NCBI GenBank assembly: GCA_951406725.2 | Contig: OX597817.1 | Coordinates: 119,102,001-119,166,000, forward strand | DNA length: 64,000 nt | Source of the DNA: Octopus vulgaris | Taxonomy: Eukaryota | Direction: 5' to 3' | Shown here: positions 24,236 through 39,405 of the stretch, piece by piece | Numbering within the stretch: position 1 is the stretch's first letter | Layout of the letters: each line of letters starts with the position of its first letter | Notes under the pieces: generated by a model | Database searches by the model: none | What the model saw: the letters and a program-made list of their open reading frames with translations, nothing else | What the model was told of the DNA's origin: nothing | Position numbers and translations under genes: made by a program

Positions 24236-27200
24236 TTATTTCAGGGGAAAGAATGGGGAGAAAAAAACAAAAGAAAAAAAAAAAGAACATAAAAATGAAA
24301 AAATGCAAGAATAAAATGTGCATAGGAATCTAAGAAAAGATTGCCTTTGTAGGAATTAAAATTTGGATTACAGGCTATATCTCACAGCATGTAGTCATAG
24401 ATCTCTTTTAAGGGAAATAAGGGACTGTTTAAGAATATTAAAAACAAAACTTATAAATAGAAAATATCAAAAGAGAAAATGCAAAAACAATTCAGGATTT
24501 TCAGAGTCCAGGGGAAAATATGTCAATGGTTGCTATAGAATTATAAAGAAGGGAAGAACAACCAAATTTTATGGCTTCAACTATTTAGCATGAAACAAAT
24601 TCAATAACTAAGCGGACTATGCTGCCTTTCTGTACTCTATAAATCAATTCCCCAATTGCTTGAGTATGTGTGTGTGAGTGTGTGTGTGTATTTTACTTTG
24701 GTAAAACAGCTTTTGCAAAGCAGATTGAAATATGAGTTATGCAAAAAAAAAAGAAAGAAAATTTTCATAAATGGTTAAAAAAAAGTAGTAGAAGTAAAAG
24801 AAAACAGGAAAAGAAAATGCAGTGCTGTTATACTGTAGCATATTTTCTTTAATACATTATTTCTGATATATTTATTCATTTATTTTCTAGTTTAGAATTT
24901 CATTAGATCTCCTTTGTCATGAAACACAGTGAAACCTAGATTTCTATGAAATACTATTGTTATACTTGTGCATACAAGTGTGTTCACATGTGCTTGTGTG
25001 CATGTGTCAGTAAGAAGGAGAAGGAGAGAAAAGTGCGTGTGTGTGTGTGTGTGTGTGGGGGTAACAGGGGAAAATGTCATAGGAGCACTTTTACAGTGTG
25101 GAGACATGATTCTATTGAGTATAGCCATTACAGTGAGATAAGACAGCTAAAGGGAACATTTCTGAACATGAAGGATAGTCAGTGCATGAAGAATATAAAT
25201 TGGTATGAAAATAAACCACACTGAATAAAAGTATTGTCTATTTCTTTTATTTCAATGGTAACTTATTCGATACACTGACTTATAGTGTTAGTTCCTGGGT
25301 TTTCTATAGACACTTACACTCACAGTCTGCAGGCAAACTCAGGAGGAGACTGTATGATAAGGTTACACCTTTCAAATAAAACAAACTTCCAAACAGTTTC
25401 TATCTTCCTAAGATGACCTATTTTGAATTATTCTACTTATTTATTTATTTATACTTATACAAGAATACATGTGTGTGTCTTTGGTTTACTGGTGTTAATT
25501 TTTTTTTTTTAATGTCCAAATTTATGCTAGGTTTCCAGTTTCAAATTTTGAGTGGATCAGCCTAGCTATTCATCTTTCTGAAATTGAAAAAATGCTGTAT
25601 CACAACCTTGAGGCCAAACCCTGTCACATAACCAAACTAGTTAAGAGAGGTGTGCTGAATAAATGCTTGAAAACCAAACCATTTCTAATAGAATAAGATT
25701 TCTGAGGATGACATAAAGAGCAATTAATAACAAAGTAGCAGACCCAATGAAAATTCATAAACAGACACATACAATTCACAAGAAAATTTTAAACCAGTCT
25801 ATAACATGGAAAAGGTTATATATAAGAATATATATTGTTATTTTACTTTAATCTTTCAAACCTGTATAAGTAGGATGGTTTTTTCATTGGAACAATTAAT
25901 TTTACAGGTATATATACCTTTCTTGTTGTTAACCATTAACTTGGAAGTAGGAAGTGGAATGTCTTTTACACCAGTCAGCCAAACGAGTGATCAGAGAATT
26001 AAAATTGAACTTTCCAATTAAAAATATATACAGTGCATACAAAATACATTTTGAATTATCAGCCAGATAAACCCAATAATTCATTAGCAGTATTGAAACT
26101 CATTTGATTACTTAATTTTGCTTGCATAAATCTTTATGTCAAAATAAGAAATAATGAAAAGCACACAAGGAACAAACATATTAATTTACTAAGAACCAAT
26201 ATTGGCAAGCAGATTCAAAAGTTAATCATTTACAATTTGGCTTGTATCACTAATTGAGACTCTTGAAACTCTACAGACTTATATGCAACCAGGTATGTAT
26301 GTATTTCTGATCTTATATTTTTAATAGACCTAACAGGGACTAATTAACATTCTAGTTGAGTGTCTGTGAAACTAGAACCATAAACATGTAATTATGTACA
26401 AATACTTTTACAAAGTATAAAGGTGCAAAGTTTTATGAGTTAAATTAGTTTGGTTGCTGAGATTTGAATTACTTGGACCCCATTGACAGTAATCAATTAG
26501 GTTTCTAAATTTCTAACCAGCTGAAATAATCAACTTGGTGTAGCACAGCCTCACTTTGGTTCAACTGTGCTGGCTGTATCATTTATCATGATGTTTTAGT
26601 AGTAGTTTTACAATTATCTATATTATTTATCACCAATGAATTTGTCGTTGATAAATAAACATGGATTCTAATGATGTGATAAAAATGAATGAATATCAAA
26701 TAAATTCAGTGACAATATGACTGGGAGTTGAAATGATAATGATAATGATAATACAAATGTTGGGAAATTACAAATCATAATAGTATTATAATAAAATAAT
26801 GTTTGATGGCAACAATTTCTTAAAGTAAAACAACAACCAAACACCATTCAGTAAATAGAAGAAAAATAAAATCAAAAGAAAAAAAACAGTAACAAGAAAG
26901 AGTACAAAAACACACAAAAATTACAACAGCAACAATGATGATGAGTGAGAAGAAATGAAGAAAGAAAATGTTTGACAATTCAAAAGTGATGTTGAAAATA
27001 GTGAAGTAATGCTGAGAGATCACTTCTTCAAGATTGGAGCGTGCAAGACTGATTGACAAAAATTGGATCTCAAGGAACAAGAGCCATAACAAAAGCATCA
27101 TCATTTCTAGATGATCAGTGTTTCAAAATAGATTTCATTGAGAAAGACAGAGTGAAACTTTAAAAAAAAATAATAATAAATAAACCAAAGAAAACAAAAG

Positions 27201-27525
27201 TGAATACAACAGAAAATGAATATACAAAATATTCAGATTAATGTGATTATATGCGATAACTGTATATTGTGGAAGAGTGTATGCACGTGTGTGAGTGTAT
27301 GTGTGTTAAATGAGTACAGTATTTTTATTGTCTTTACTATATGAATTCAGATTCCTAAATACCGTTTCAACTATGACAAATGTTAGAATATATCTTTGAA
27401 TGAATGTATTTTCTTATTTCCTCTGTTTTATTTGTATTAATAAAATTTGAATTTAATCTTTAGACATGTACTTATCAGTTTGTTTCTCTTACATTTTTTA
27501 GAATTCCAGGAAAAACAAATAAAAA

Positions 27526-28436
27526 GGTTAATGCTAACAATATTACCCAGAAACGGAAAACAAAAAAAAAAGCGGGTGTAAAAGTGTAGGAAACGAAAAT
27601 GAAAACAAAAATGTTTGGAAAGCAATGGGGATGGGGTGGTGGGGACAAGACTTTGGGAAATTCACAAGATCTGAGTTTTTCCCTTATAACTTTTAGGAAA
27701 ATGGATTTTTTAAAATGAAATATTATATAAATTCCTTTCAAACAGTATACATTACAGTAGTAAAGAAATTTGTGGGTAAAATCTTTTCCGAAGGGGTAGG
27801 GAGAGGATTTCAGAAAATTCACAAGATCCGAGGTTTTCGCCCATAACTTTGAGGAAAATGAAATTGTATATAAATACCTTTCAAATGACATGCATTATGG
27901 ATGCCTAATGTGCCATAAACCCCTTATTTTTGTACAGAAAAAAAAGGGTGGGGAACCCCCCAAAAATGAATTTTTGAAGGTGAGATGTGAAACTGCATTA
28001 GCCTCTTTTTTTTACCCATACATTAAGATCACATTTTGCTGAACTACGTTTTCTAGAGTGTGGATTACATTAGATTGAAAATTCAAACAAGTTCGGAAAG
28101 AATAATAAGTGAAAATGCCAAATTTATAAAAATTAGTGGCAATAAAGTCTGGACAGGAGAGAGAAAGAGTGATACAAAATCCTTACAAAAACCATATTAG
28201 TGTTTGTGAGTGTGTGAATCAAGTCAGAGTATAATATTAAAACAAAATATCTTTTACATACCTCTTAAAAATCACTGGATATATTAATCCCAGATTGCAG
28301 ATTGTAGTATATTAGGTCGCAGTAAATCATTTATCGAAAAAACAAAAACAGCCAATAATTCCTTCCCCCCACATTTTCTAAACAAAAATAAAGGGTTTGT
28401 GGTACATTAGGCATCTACAATGCATGCTGTTTGAAA

Positions 28437-28474
<38 letters not shown>

Positions 28475-28845
28475 TATACAATTTCATTAAAAGATATCCA
28501 TATTCCTTAAAGTTATGAGGGGAAAAAATTGGATCTTGTGAATTTTCTGAAGTCCTCTCCCCATCCCCTCAAAAAAGTATTTTATCCACAAATTTCTTTA
28601 TAATCGTAATCTATGCCATTCGAAAGGTGTTTATATAAAATTTCATTAAAAAAAAAAAAACATTTTCTTAAAAGTTATGAAGGAAAAACTTGGATCTTGT
28701 GAATTTTCTTAAGTCCCCCTGCCCCTTTGATTTCCATGCATTTTTGTTTTCATATTCATTTCCTAAATACTTTTTTTTACACCCTTTGCATCATTATTTT
28801 TTTTTTGTTTGATTTTGTTTCTGGGTAATATTATAAACATTAACC
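27526..28845. mobile_element. Non-autonomous long-TIR (foldback/MULE-like) element
   Basis: Arms 27526-27955 and 28363-28845 are inverted homologues, with ends ggttaatg..aatattacccagaaac and gtttctgggtaatatt..cattaacc. Each arm holds two ~155-bp subrepeats. Possible 8-bp TSD aataaaaa/aataaaag. Confidence 0.75.
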
Positions 28846-30449
28846 AATAAAAGAAATAAGTGATGGTAAAATATGTGATAGTTTTTTTTATTTTCTGTCC
28901 AGTTGAAGATGTCTTTAAATATTCTTCCAGAAGAACATTTTAGATAATTTCTTTGGTTTTGAATGTGCCTTTCCTTTTGTTTTTATTTTATTTTATTTTA
29001 TTTTTAAGTCAAGGCAGGTATACAATAACAGAGAAGGTAATTTTGGTTAATTACTAGTTTCTCTCCTTCCTGAAAGAGTTGTCACATCATATTAGATGTA
29101 AATAAGTATTTAACTGGGGGAAAGAATTATATAATCTAATATTCCTTAACAGAAGAGATGGGACGATGATAATGATGATGATAATGATGATGAGGATGAT
29201 GAGGATGATGATGATAAGGAGGAAGATGACAAGAATAATAATAATAATAAGAAGAAGAATGTAAAGGAAGATGAAATGAGATTTTTTCTTCGTTATATGA
29301 ATACCTTATAATTTTACTTCTAATTTCTAGGTTAATTTACGCCGAGATAAATTGGTGCTTTTCTGCTAAGAATTTTGAACATTAATTTAAACGTGTTTTA
29401 ATTGAAATAATTCAGTTTTAACTATTCATCTTTTTCTTATTTTGTTCTTGTTACCTTTTGCTGTTTCAGATCCATACTTGAATGTCTAGGAGGGTGTATT
29501 TGTAGGAGCAAATCTTTTTACAGATGGATGCTTGGTTTTTACAACTAAACACTTAACTGTGAAATAGGAAGTGAAACTTCCTTTATATAAGTTAGGCAAA
29601 CTGAATCAATCAGAGATATGTCCCTTCAACAAGAGATTAATACAAATTGCTCTTGTAGTGAGATTTGACTTCAATCATACTCAAATGTCTTTCATCAGTT
29701 TTTGGCATTAGTCTGTAATAACAGCAAATACATTTAAAAAATAATAAAACTTTTTAAAATGTAAAAATAAAAAATTCTTCTTTCAATTCAGTATGAAATA
29801 TTTTCAGTTTTATTTTAAAATTTTTTTTTTTTTTTTTAAATAAAATTCTTTTTCTTGATATCTTCTATACTTTGAAAGCTGAAAATCACTGTTCTGTATC
29901 AGTGTTATGTTAAAAGTAAATAAACCATACTGTCACTCTCCCACAAATCTGAAGTAACCCAATAATGAGGAATATACAACTAGACTGTAACACATATAAA
30001 GTACTTCAAAAATTACTTCATGTCAATTAATAGAGGCAATGATACAATAAAGAAACATCACCATGAGTGTATGGATGGGACTAAGATGGATTTTTGAGAA
30101 TGGCTCCTTGGAATGAACATGAGAAGTAGCTGATGGCTCATTAGAAACTTAAAATTCTTTCTTTCATCAACTAAGAAATTTAAATATGATAGATATTAAA
30201 TATATATTTGAACTAGTTTACACTTGTTCAATACATTTTTAATCATAGCATATGTCTGATACTTAAATGAGAGGAGTGCTCAACAGATATGGTTAGGTTT
30301 CTGCATAACATTTTAAAGGTATTTTATTTAAATTTTGATTTAATTTATGAATAAAAGACCCAAATTTTCAGAAATTTAGGGTAAAATTTGGCATAGAATA
30401 ATTTTACTTCTTTATTATTTAAGATTAATTCTGGAAAAATTCATTTCCC

Positions 30450-30451
30450 TG

Positions 30452-30485
<34 letters not shown>

Positions 30486-30849
30486 TGTATGTATGTATGT
30501 ATGCATGCATGTATGTGTGTGTGTGTGTGTGTATGTATGTGTATGTTAGTGTATATGGAACCTTCTTCACTAATGAGGATTCCACTACAAAAAACAGCAA
30601 TTATTAAAACCTTTAATGAAGAAGTATTAATATTTTGTCATAAGTTTTTTGCATTTAGTGTCTAAAAGAAAAGAACAAAACATACACACATACATGTATC
30701 TATGTATACACATATATTTAATTTACTTATATGCTGTGTTCCAGAGACAAAATTCCAAGCACAGACAGTTCAATAAAATACTTGTCTTTCAACAAACATT
30801 GACAATAAGGATCATAACAGTACATGTATATATATATATATATATATAA

Positions 30850-30890
<41 letters not shown>

Positions 30891-31418
30891 CATATATATA
30901 CATACATATATATGTGTGTGTGTGTGAGCACGTGTGTGTGTCTGTGTCTGTGTATATATATATATATATACACACACACACATATATATACATATAAACA
31001 TATATATACATATGTATAAATACATATAAATACACACACACATACACACACATATATATATATATGCACACACACATATATTTTTTTACATACACAATAC
31101 ATACACAACATATATATGCATATTTGAACAGACACACACGTATATAAGTCTGTATATATGTGTGTATATACATGTGTATATATATATATATATACACACA
31201 CACATACAAATGCACACATGTACATACACACATTCATACATACATGCATACACACATGCACATGTATGTATATACATATGTGTGTATATCTATATACGTA
31301 TGTATATATGTATATATATATATATATACATGCATGTATATATGTGTATATATGTGTGTGTATGTATATATATGTATTTGTGTGGATATATATGTATGAG
31401 TGCATGAGTGTGTGTGTG

Positions 31419-31450
<32 letters not shown>
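30450..31450. repeat. (TATG)n/(TA)n/(CA)n compound microsatellite field
   Basis: Visible directly. Confidence 0.9.
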
Positions 31451-31863
31451 ATTCCAGTAGAAATCATATTCCACAAAAAAATAAATAAAATAGACATGAC
31501 TACATCATACAGTGTTCAAACTAAAGCAGTAAAATAAAAACAAATTAACAAAGTACATTCATTATAATAAAACCTGACTAAAAGAAAAGAAAGAAAAACT
31601 CTTTGACACACTAAATGAAAAATAATAACAATAATAATGATAATAATAATAAATAATAATATCTGGACAGCAGTAGCAGGCTACAACCAAGTGATAATAG
31701 GGGAGGTAGGTAGATATATATACACAGACAAAAATAAATAATAATCAAAATAAAAATAAAGAAAAAAACAAATGAATAAATAAATTAAACATGGGCAGTA
31801 ACAGAGCACTAGTTAACTGGTGCTGTGACTGCTTGGCGTGCACCTGGAACAAAGCATATTTAC

Positions 31864-31929
31864 CTGCAGCGTTTACATCACGCATTTTAGTTTTTTCAAT
31901 GACTGACTCTGCATTTGAATTTTTCATAC
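31864..31929 (-). CDS. Candidate 66-nt phase-1/1 cassette exon, (G)MKNSNAESVIEKTKMRDVNAA(G); host gene unknown
   Basis: tttccgccaacag|GT ATG..GCT GCA G|gtaaat; open frame, length divisible by 3, non-repetitive context. Protein not recognised. Confidence 0.35.
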
Positions 31930-32442
31930 CTGTTGGCGGAAATCATCATAGAAATGGAAAGTGGTTTAAGAATTTGTGGGAAATAAAGAGGTTGGTTATG
32001 TATGGATTCTGAGCATTGTGTAGACACGTGTTTCAGCAGTGTCTCCAAGCAATACTTTGTATAATATAGATATACACATATGCAGGTTACAATGAAGGAA
32101 TAAGTATATGTAATATATATATTACTAAATCTGTGCTAAAAGTGAATGCTTCTACCTCCAGGTATTTCCATTTATACTTGTATGCTCTTACATTCTCTGT
32201 TTCACACACATGCACATATACACACGTATTTGCATTCTAGATAAGCTAATGTTTATAAATAATGGGTTAAAATCACTATGTATTGAGAAAGTTGAAAGCT
32301 GACAGTGGGACACAATCCCTCATTTTCTATAAGCATGACATTTTCTGTCCAAGAGATTTTTAAACCTAATACTTACATGCTATTATCTAAATCTTATCTG
32401 CTTTAAGATCCGAAATTCATGTTCTCTTAAAAGTTGATAAAT

Positions 32443-32473
<31 letters not shown>

Positions 32474-34049
32474 AGTACATAAACATCAGTAAGCACCAAA
32501 TAAACTTGATAAGACTACTTGATAGGGGTGGGGACAATTCATGATATGCATCATAAATTATTTGAATGTATTCTTCAAATAATAAACATCGTAAATTTGT
32601 ATATACCCAGTCATACACATATCACATATACATATACCTAGTGACATATTTGACATACTATTAATAAGAATCAAAATGATATTTATAATGAGTATAATAA
32701 TATTTTTAATCTTAATTCTATTGAAATCTGTTTGTCACTACTTTTGGAAAAATGATTAAAATGTTTAGAGCAATAAATTCTAATCCTACAATAATATTGT
32801 TGGATTACAGGAAATTCTTTATAGTGATACCAAGTAGGTTTTACCATCATAATGAATGCGTTTGTGCAAGTGCACATGTTTGTGTATGCAACAGATGTAA
32901 ATATATGACAAAATGTAAAAATATGTTCAAAACAAAACAAAAAACACCTAGATGACATGATAATTGAATGTAAAACATGTGGGTTTGAAACAAAGATTGC
33001 TAACCTTCATACTTTCATGATGGGATTGTAACTAGATAATCATAAAGAACATGAGAACGAACATATGATAAAAAAAATGTGTGTGTGTGCACATGCATAC
33101 ACACACACACACACATACACACACAGAGGCATATACGCACTAACAAAATTTACTCTTCACAAACAAATCAATGATTTTAAATTGATCAAAAAAGAAGAAA
33201 CAAATAAACGAAAGAAATATATGAAATAGGGAAGTAAAAAAAAACAAAAACAAAGGGTGTATGTAAAAAAGAATTTTTAAAAAAAATATGTCAGTGACAG
33301 GCAAAATGTGTATTTGTATTAGTCAAAACAATTTGTTTTGAGCATCTGCAAATAAACGAAGAAAAAATACAAAACAGAAAAAAATTTCGTTTGGGCGCAA
33401 AATACAAACAATATTCATAATATTTTCTGAATTCAAAACAATGCAAAAATAATTGTTACAAAGAACAGAAGAATATGTTTTCCTGACCAACTGCCGAGCA
33501 ATATCAAAGCAAATTTTTGGTTGTCAGTATTGAAAAACTAACCAATCTGTATTAGCATGGAAAAAATATCATGTTACCAAAACAAAGAGCTTATTCAAAA
33601 TACATTATCACCATCATCATTAATATTATTAGTATTACTTGTGTTTTCGATTTGAAAGCTATCTATGATTTAAAAAAATTCTAGATATCATTGTTGTTTG
33701 TTCAACTGCACTAAAACTCATCTATTGTGAATTTCAATCAGCAAGAGATAATCATGAAATGGAATTAAATTAATAAAATGAGCAAAAAAAATAATAAAAT
33801 AAAAATAAAGAAATAAAACAAGTTTTTAAAAGTTGTAGACATTTAATTTTGAAAAATTTTTGACATTAAAGAAAAACAGATATAAAGAATCACAATTGAA
33901 ACAAAACTGAATATTTAAAAACAGATTTTCGAAAATGAAACAGAATATGTTTGAAAACAACAAAGATATTTATCTCCCTATGAGGAAAAAACATATTTTA
34001 ACGTAACTTAAAAAAAACAAAACATACTTGATGATAGTGGTTGTGGTGG

Positions 34050-34092
<43 letters not shown>

Positions 34093-34272
34093 AATGATGA
34101 TGAGGATGATGATAATGATGATGAGGATGATGAAGAATACGATTTTCTTTTTATTTTTACTTAAGTATGAAACTTCTATTGATTTTCTTTTATTTAAATA
34201 AATAAAGTAATGTTTTCTTTTAGCTGAATTTGCAGGAAGTGTAAGAGGCATCTGATTTGAATATTTAATTTT

Positions 34273-34323
<51 letters not shown>

Positions 34324-36441
34324 TTAAAGCCAACAGATTAAATTCATAACTGTAGTTTATAACTGTAAATTTATAACTTCAGATAGAATGCATAAACTAT
34401 ATGCAAACACAGTACAGCAAGATGATTAAAACATATTCAATTCCTTCCAGTATGAAAGTGGAAAGAAGAAAATGTTTTACTTCGTTTTGGTTAGAATCTC
34501 CAGGAGTGAAGCAATTGATGGTAAAAATCAACAACTCAGATGCTATGATCATCTCCTTATGTGTAATTAAAAGTATGAAATTAGCTAAACATGGCACTAA
34601 TAAGCTAATTTAAATAGCATTAAGCATCTACAAATGAATTCCTACTTTTTTTGGCATCAAGTTTGCATCTAAATACACTGAAGAAGAAAAAAAGCAATGG
34701 TGTATTGCTTTCCTTAGATAATTAGGAAAAAAAGTAAGAAAGAAACATTTTATTATCTTTGCACAGTACTTTAATAAGATGTTACACACTTCTAACTTAT
34801 GTACCAAAAAACTAGCAAAGGAACCAGGGGTCTCTGTAGTACTGCTCACTTGAACTACTAGAAATAGCAGCCAGATCTCTCTCAAATCATTTCACACAGT
34901 CAAGAAAAAGACACCTTGTGTAATTTGATTACAAGTTCATTATATACGAGTAAGAATCATAGTGAAGAGTGGAATATCTTTGATCATAGATCTGTTCGAT
35001 CAGGGATAACCTGGAGTCTGAGTTCAAATACCAGCAAATTCAATTTTATCTTTCATCCTTCTGACAAAAACAGAATTACTAATCAATCAGGCACTGTGTA
35101 CTGAATAGCCTATACACCCCAAACACACACACACACAAATTGAACCTTCACAAAAAACTCAGTATATTTATGTTTTATAAAACTGAAAACATGAAAACAG
35201 CAAAATCTAATAATGATAATGCTTGCAGAATTACATAAATTTTCCAGCAAAATTCAACTAAGCTTCTCTACCTGTTATCAATGCATCATAGCTATGAACA
35301 AAAGCGAGATTATGATGTTTCAGTATAGATTGTATCAATATTTTCTTATCATTTCTCTTTTTGTCTCCCTCTTTGCTTTGTATGTTAGTTTGTCATTTTC
35401 TCTTCTAGACTGTTTTGACAAAATGAGTAATTTATAAACTGACATTTTTCTAAGTAAGTTATTGAATGGAAGAATATTTTTGTGTTGTCAACTAAATCTT
35501 TTCAGGAATATATTGCTTTTAATAGTTTTAGTTTCCACAATATGTTTATAATCAATACATTGTATATGAAAATGTGTTGCAACTGAGACTGAATTCACAA
35601 ACACTTATCATACACAAGGTTCCAGCACCAAAGTTCTAATTGACATAATATAGTAGATAAGAGAATTGAAAATCTACGAGCAACATAGGTTTGTGTATTC
35701 AATACTAAAATACATACTAAAATATATATATGGTATCTGTAGATAATTCCTGATTGTAAAAGACATTGGCTGTCTGCATCATGGCAGTTCAAAGCCATGT
35801 TTGTCTCCTTCCATAGCCCACTAGTTCAAAGATACTATGAAAAATCAATGAGGCAAAGTCTTGGTATCTCTTTCCATGGTTTACACATAAATACAATTAT
35901 TTAAAAAAAAAAATACCTATTAGCATATAGCTGGTACCTACTCTTCACACTGCAGATGAATCCAAAAGATGAAGAAGTTTGGCATTGGTCATACTGCAAG
36001 AGTTTCTGGAAGTGGGGTGGATGAAACTGAAGACAACGGTACTCCAGCTCCTGGCCTTCAGATCGATGTCTTTCTTACTTTATAGATCATTTCACAACCT
36101 AGATTGTCAATTTCCCTATAGCAGAAGATGTTAGTTCTTGATGGTGTTGAAACAGGGAAAGCATAATAATGTTGTAAAATCGAGACTGACTAATAAACTG
36201 CTAGTTGGAGAGGAAAATGTCTAAAAGGCTCATGGATAATCTGTGTGTGTGTGAATCAGACTGATCCCTTTCTGAGTGGGAGACGAAATTTTGTCTTGTG
36301 CATATGCACAAGAGTGGATGGGGTTGGTGAAAGGAATAAAGCAGAGATAAAATGAAGTTAAACAATTCCTTATGTCAACTTCAGATATCCTAATCTGTTA
36401 CCCCAATTCAAATAATAAAATACCAGAGGAATATTAAATAC

Positions 36442-36472
<31 letters not shown>

Positions 36473-38601
36473 ATAAACACACACACACATATACATATAT
36501 ATTTCCATAATTACCGTAAAGTATCGAAAATAAATAGGAATGTTCTTTTTATTTTGTTCCTTTTAGTGGTTTCAATCGTAGCACTACAACTACGGTAGAA
36601 CACTATCTCTGCATAGTCGATTATATAAATTTTAATACATGATTGGTGTTTATTAATTGACAATAAACGAAAGAAAAGCAAAGTTGTAATGAACAGAATT
36701 TAAATTCAGTATGTAAAGCGTGACATCACCAAATTCAACTCAATTGTATAACATACGAACAGCTATACAGTTATTTGTCCCAAGTTCTAGAAAATCAGCT
36801 AACAATGGCTAAGCTTCCGGTAAGATTACTAAATTAAAGTTTCTAACATAGATAAGTGCCCCTAAAAGAATATTGTAGGGCGGAAAAAAAAAAATTAAAT
36901 TGAAGTCTCCTAAAGCCAAAATGTAGAAAACACATCGAAGGGAAATAACTCTCGATCACCAAATAAGTTAAGTTTGGTTGTCTCCCTTAGATATGGCGTT
37001 CTGTGCAGTAATTATCACCGGAGAATAGAAAAGATAAATTGAAACGAACATTACTTATAAAACTGAATTCACTAGGTTTTAAAAAAATATCTTTCGAGAA
37101 ATAAATTTTTCCAGTCAATTTCTTACTCTTTGAACTTAGAAAATAAATTAACCCTTTACCTCTCTCTCTCAAAAAAAAAAACAAAAAAAAAAACACAAAC
37201 AGAAATCATTCCTTCCTTTACAAATGTTTGATTTTAGTCAGGATTAGATTTAATACAAGCCAGAATTGTTTTGTCGAAAAATTATTTTTAAAATTCCTAA
37301 AAATTCATATTTGAAACTTTAGAATAATGAATTTAAATGATAATGTATTTGGTATGAAAAATGTTCACCGAAAAGAAATTATTTCAAATGTTTCAAATCA
37401 AATATAGAAGCTAGATAAATGCGTGTCTGCGGCAACTAACATGATTTTTATAGCTACAATTCGATGAGAAACATAAAAAAATCAAAAAAATCAAAGAACA
37501 GTATTTTACTCTATCTCATTCCCCTACACGCAACTAAACGCACAATCATACATGGGTATATATATATACATATGTTTAGAAGTTCGTGAATTCATACAGT
37601 AAAGAAACACAAGTTCCATGAATCCCTACATTTAATATTTTTGCTATTGGACCATTACTGTTCGCTCTTTGAATTACACAAACAAATACATCAGTAATTC
37701 CATACATTCACCAACATGTGAGCACGTACGTCTCTCACACACTACTACTACTACTACTACTACTTCATCTTCAACAAGAAGAAGCCATAAACCTTCTAAC
37801 AGATGAGAATTAAACATGTTTTAGGTTATCGAATGTAATAAACAAGAGAAGAATTATTAAACTAAAGTTACAACCAGGATGGCCAGGCAATACTTCGTTG
37901 AAAGGTCAATGTAATTAATATAATGAATTACTATAATGTTCTATTCGATTTATGCCTTGTGAAAGACTGATTTCAGTGAAAGAAACAAATAGAAGAAAAA
38001 TATGATACCTACAAGAATGGTAGGACTTAATATTTACAAGAAATAGCTTTGTACTTCAACACTTAACAATGGATTATGCTACAATTAAAACTAAATAAAT
38101 TACTAGAAGTAATCACCTAGTATGTGTATTTAAATTGTTTATGCTCTTTCATGGCACGTGTGTGTGTGTGTGTGTAAGTAAATATATTTTTATATCACAA
38201 AAATAAAGCATCGCTCAAAAAGGATCGTTCAAATATTGTTTTCTGTTTATATTTGTATTGTTTGGCTAGGGATTTGAATTGTTGTAGGGCAATGAACTTG
38301 AAGAAACTGCACTGATGTAGAATCATAATGATCATCAAACAAACACGTAGATACAGATAGAAACACACAGACCCAGAGTTCAATCCACGTCAGCATAGAA
38401 CATGAGCATTAAATTCTGATGATGATGGTGTGTGTGTGTGTGTGGTTATATCGGCTTATATTCTATAATATACTATGTTACTTGATCAAACATCTATAAT
38501 CCACATATGCAATGATGAAATACAACGCCTTATATCTGTGCTTTAAATTACTACCATGACTATCACAGCACACTTGTAGTATGTATGTAATGATAATTCA
38601 T

Positions 38602-38800
38602 TGAAACTTTGGTACAAAGTCAACAATTTGGGAGAAGGGAACATGTCGATTATATGAAGTCCCGCATTTGACTGATACTTTATGTTATCGACTATGAGAA
38701 GATGAAATGTGGGATATGAACTAGGAGCGTAAAAGAACCGAAAGAAAAACCGCTAAGTATTTTGTCCGACACGCCAACGATACCTCCACTTGGCCGACTT
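38602..38800 (-). mobile_element. Old Meta-domain SINE
   Basis: Degenerate tgtcgatta..ttatcgac..gatgaaa..ccgctaagtattttgtccgacacgccaacgat. Confidence 0.55.
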
Positions 38801-39388
38801 GATAATGATGATGATGGTGATGATTTCGTTTATTTGTTACAGGTGTGTTGAATGACGAAAGATTTTTTTTTTTAAATACCAGTTAGATATTGTGTGAAGA
38901 TTTACATAAAACAGGATGAGAAGAAAGAAAGATAGAAATTTATAAAAACAAAAAAAAAAAATGACATGTTTGCAACTATTATCATTAATAGTTCCAGCAG
39001 TATGATATTGTGGTAAGATACGGAATATGTTATGCTGGAAGTACTAAAATATGCTACACGTATCTTCCTTATAGCGATGGGAACACGAGATATAACTCTC
39101 AGCACAAATTATGAGTAGCGTCCCTTGATTTGTATGCGTATCGTTACGTAGCGAAGAATATAGTTGAGTTTTATTCCGTGTGAAAGTGTGATTTTCTTTT
39201 TTTACTCCTCCCACTCCATGTGTTCTGGTTTTTTTATTTTTTAAAGCCTATTATTTGTTCATTAATGATTTCTATAATAGATATATAGCCATATAGCAGG
39301 AAAATTGATGCAAATATATTGTTCCATTCTCTCATTAGTAAAACGCGTAATTAGAAGCGGCTGAAGAGAATATTATTGATCTCGCAAA

Positions 39389-39405
39389 CCAATTTAATGA
39401 CGTCA
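39389..39405. promoter_or_regulatory. Adjacent CCAAT box and full CRE (TGACGTCA) in a CpG-retaining region
   Basis: CCAAT at 39389-39393 and TGACGTCA at 39398-39405; CpGs are visibly much denser over ~36.5-39.8 kb than elsewhere. Confidence 0.45.

Noticed and set aside
28262-28377. Minus-strand exon-like AG..GTATGT segment
   Set aside because: Lies within the foldback element, and its ATG frame closes early.
32020-32055. miR-137-like sequence on the minus strand
   Set aside because: Only the seed-region letters match, and there is no precursor hairpin.
35935-36395. GC-richer block as a coding exon
   Set aside because: The frames I checked hit stops quickly and no motif was recognised; it could still be UTR or regulatory sequence.
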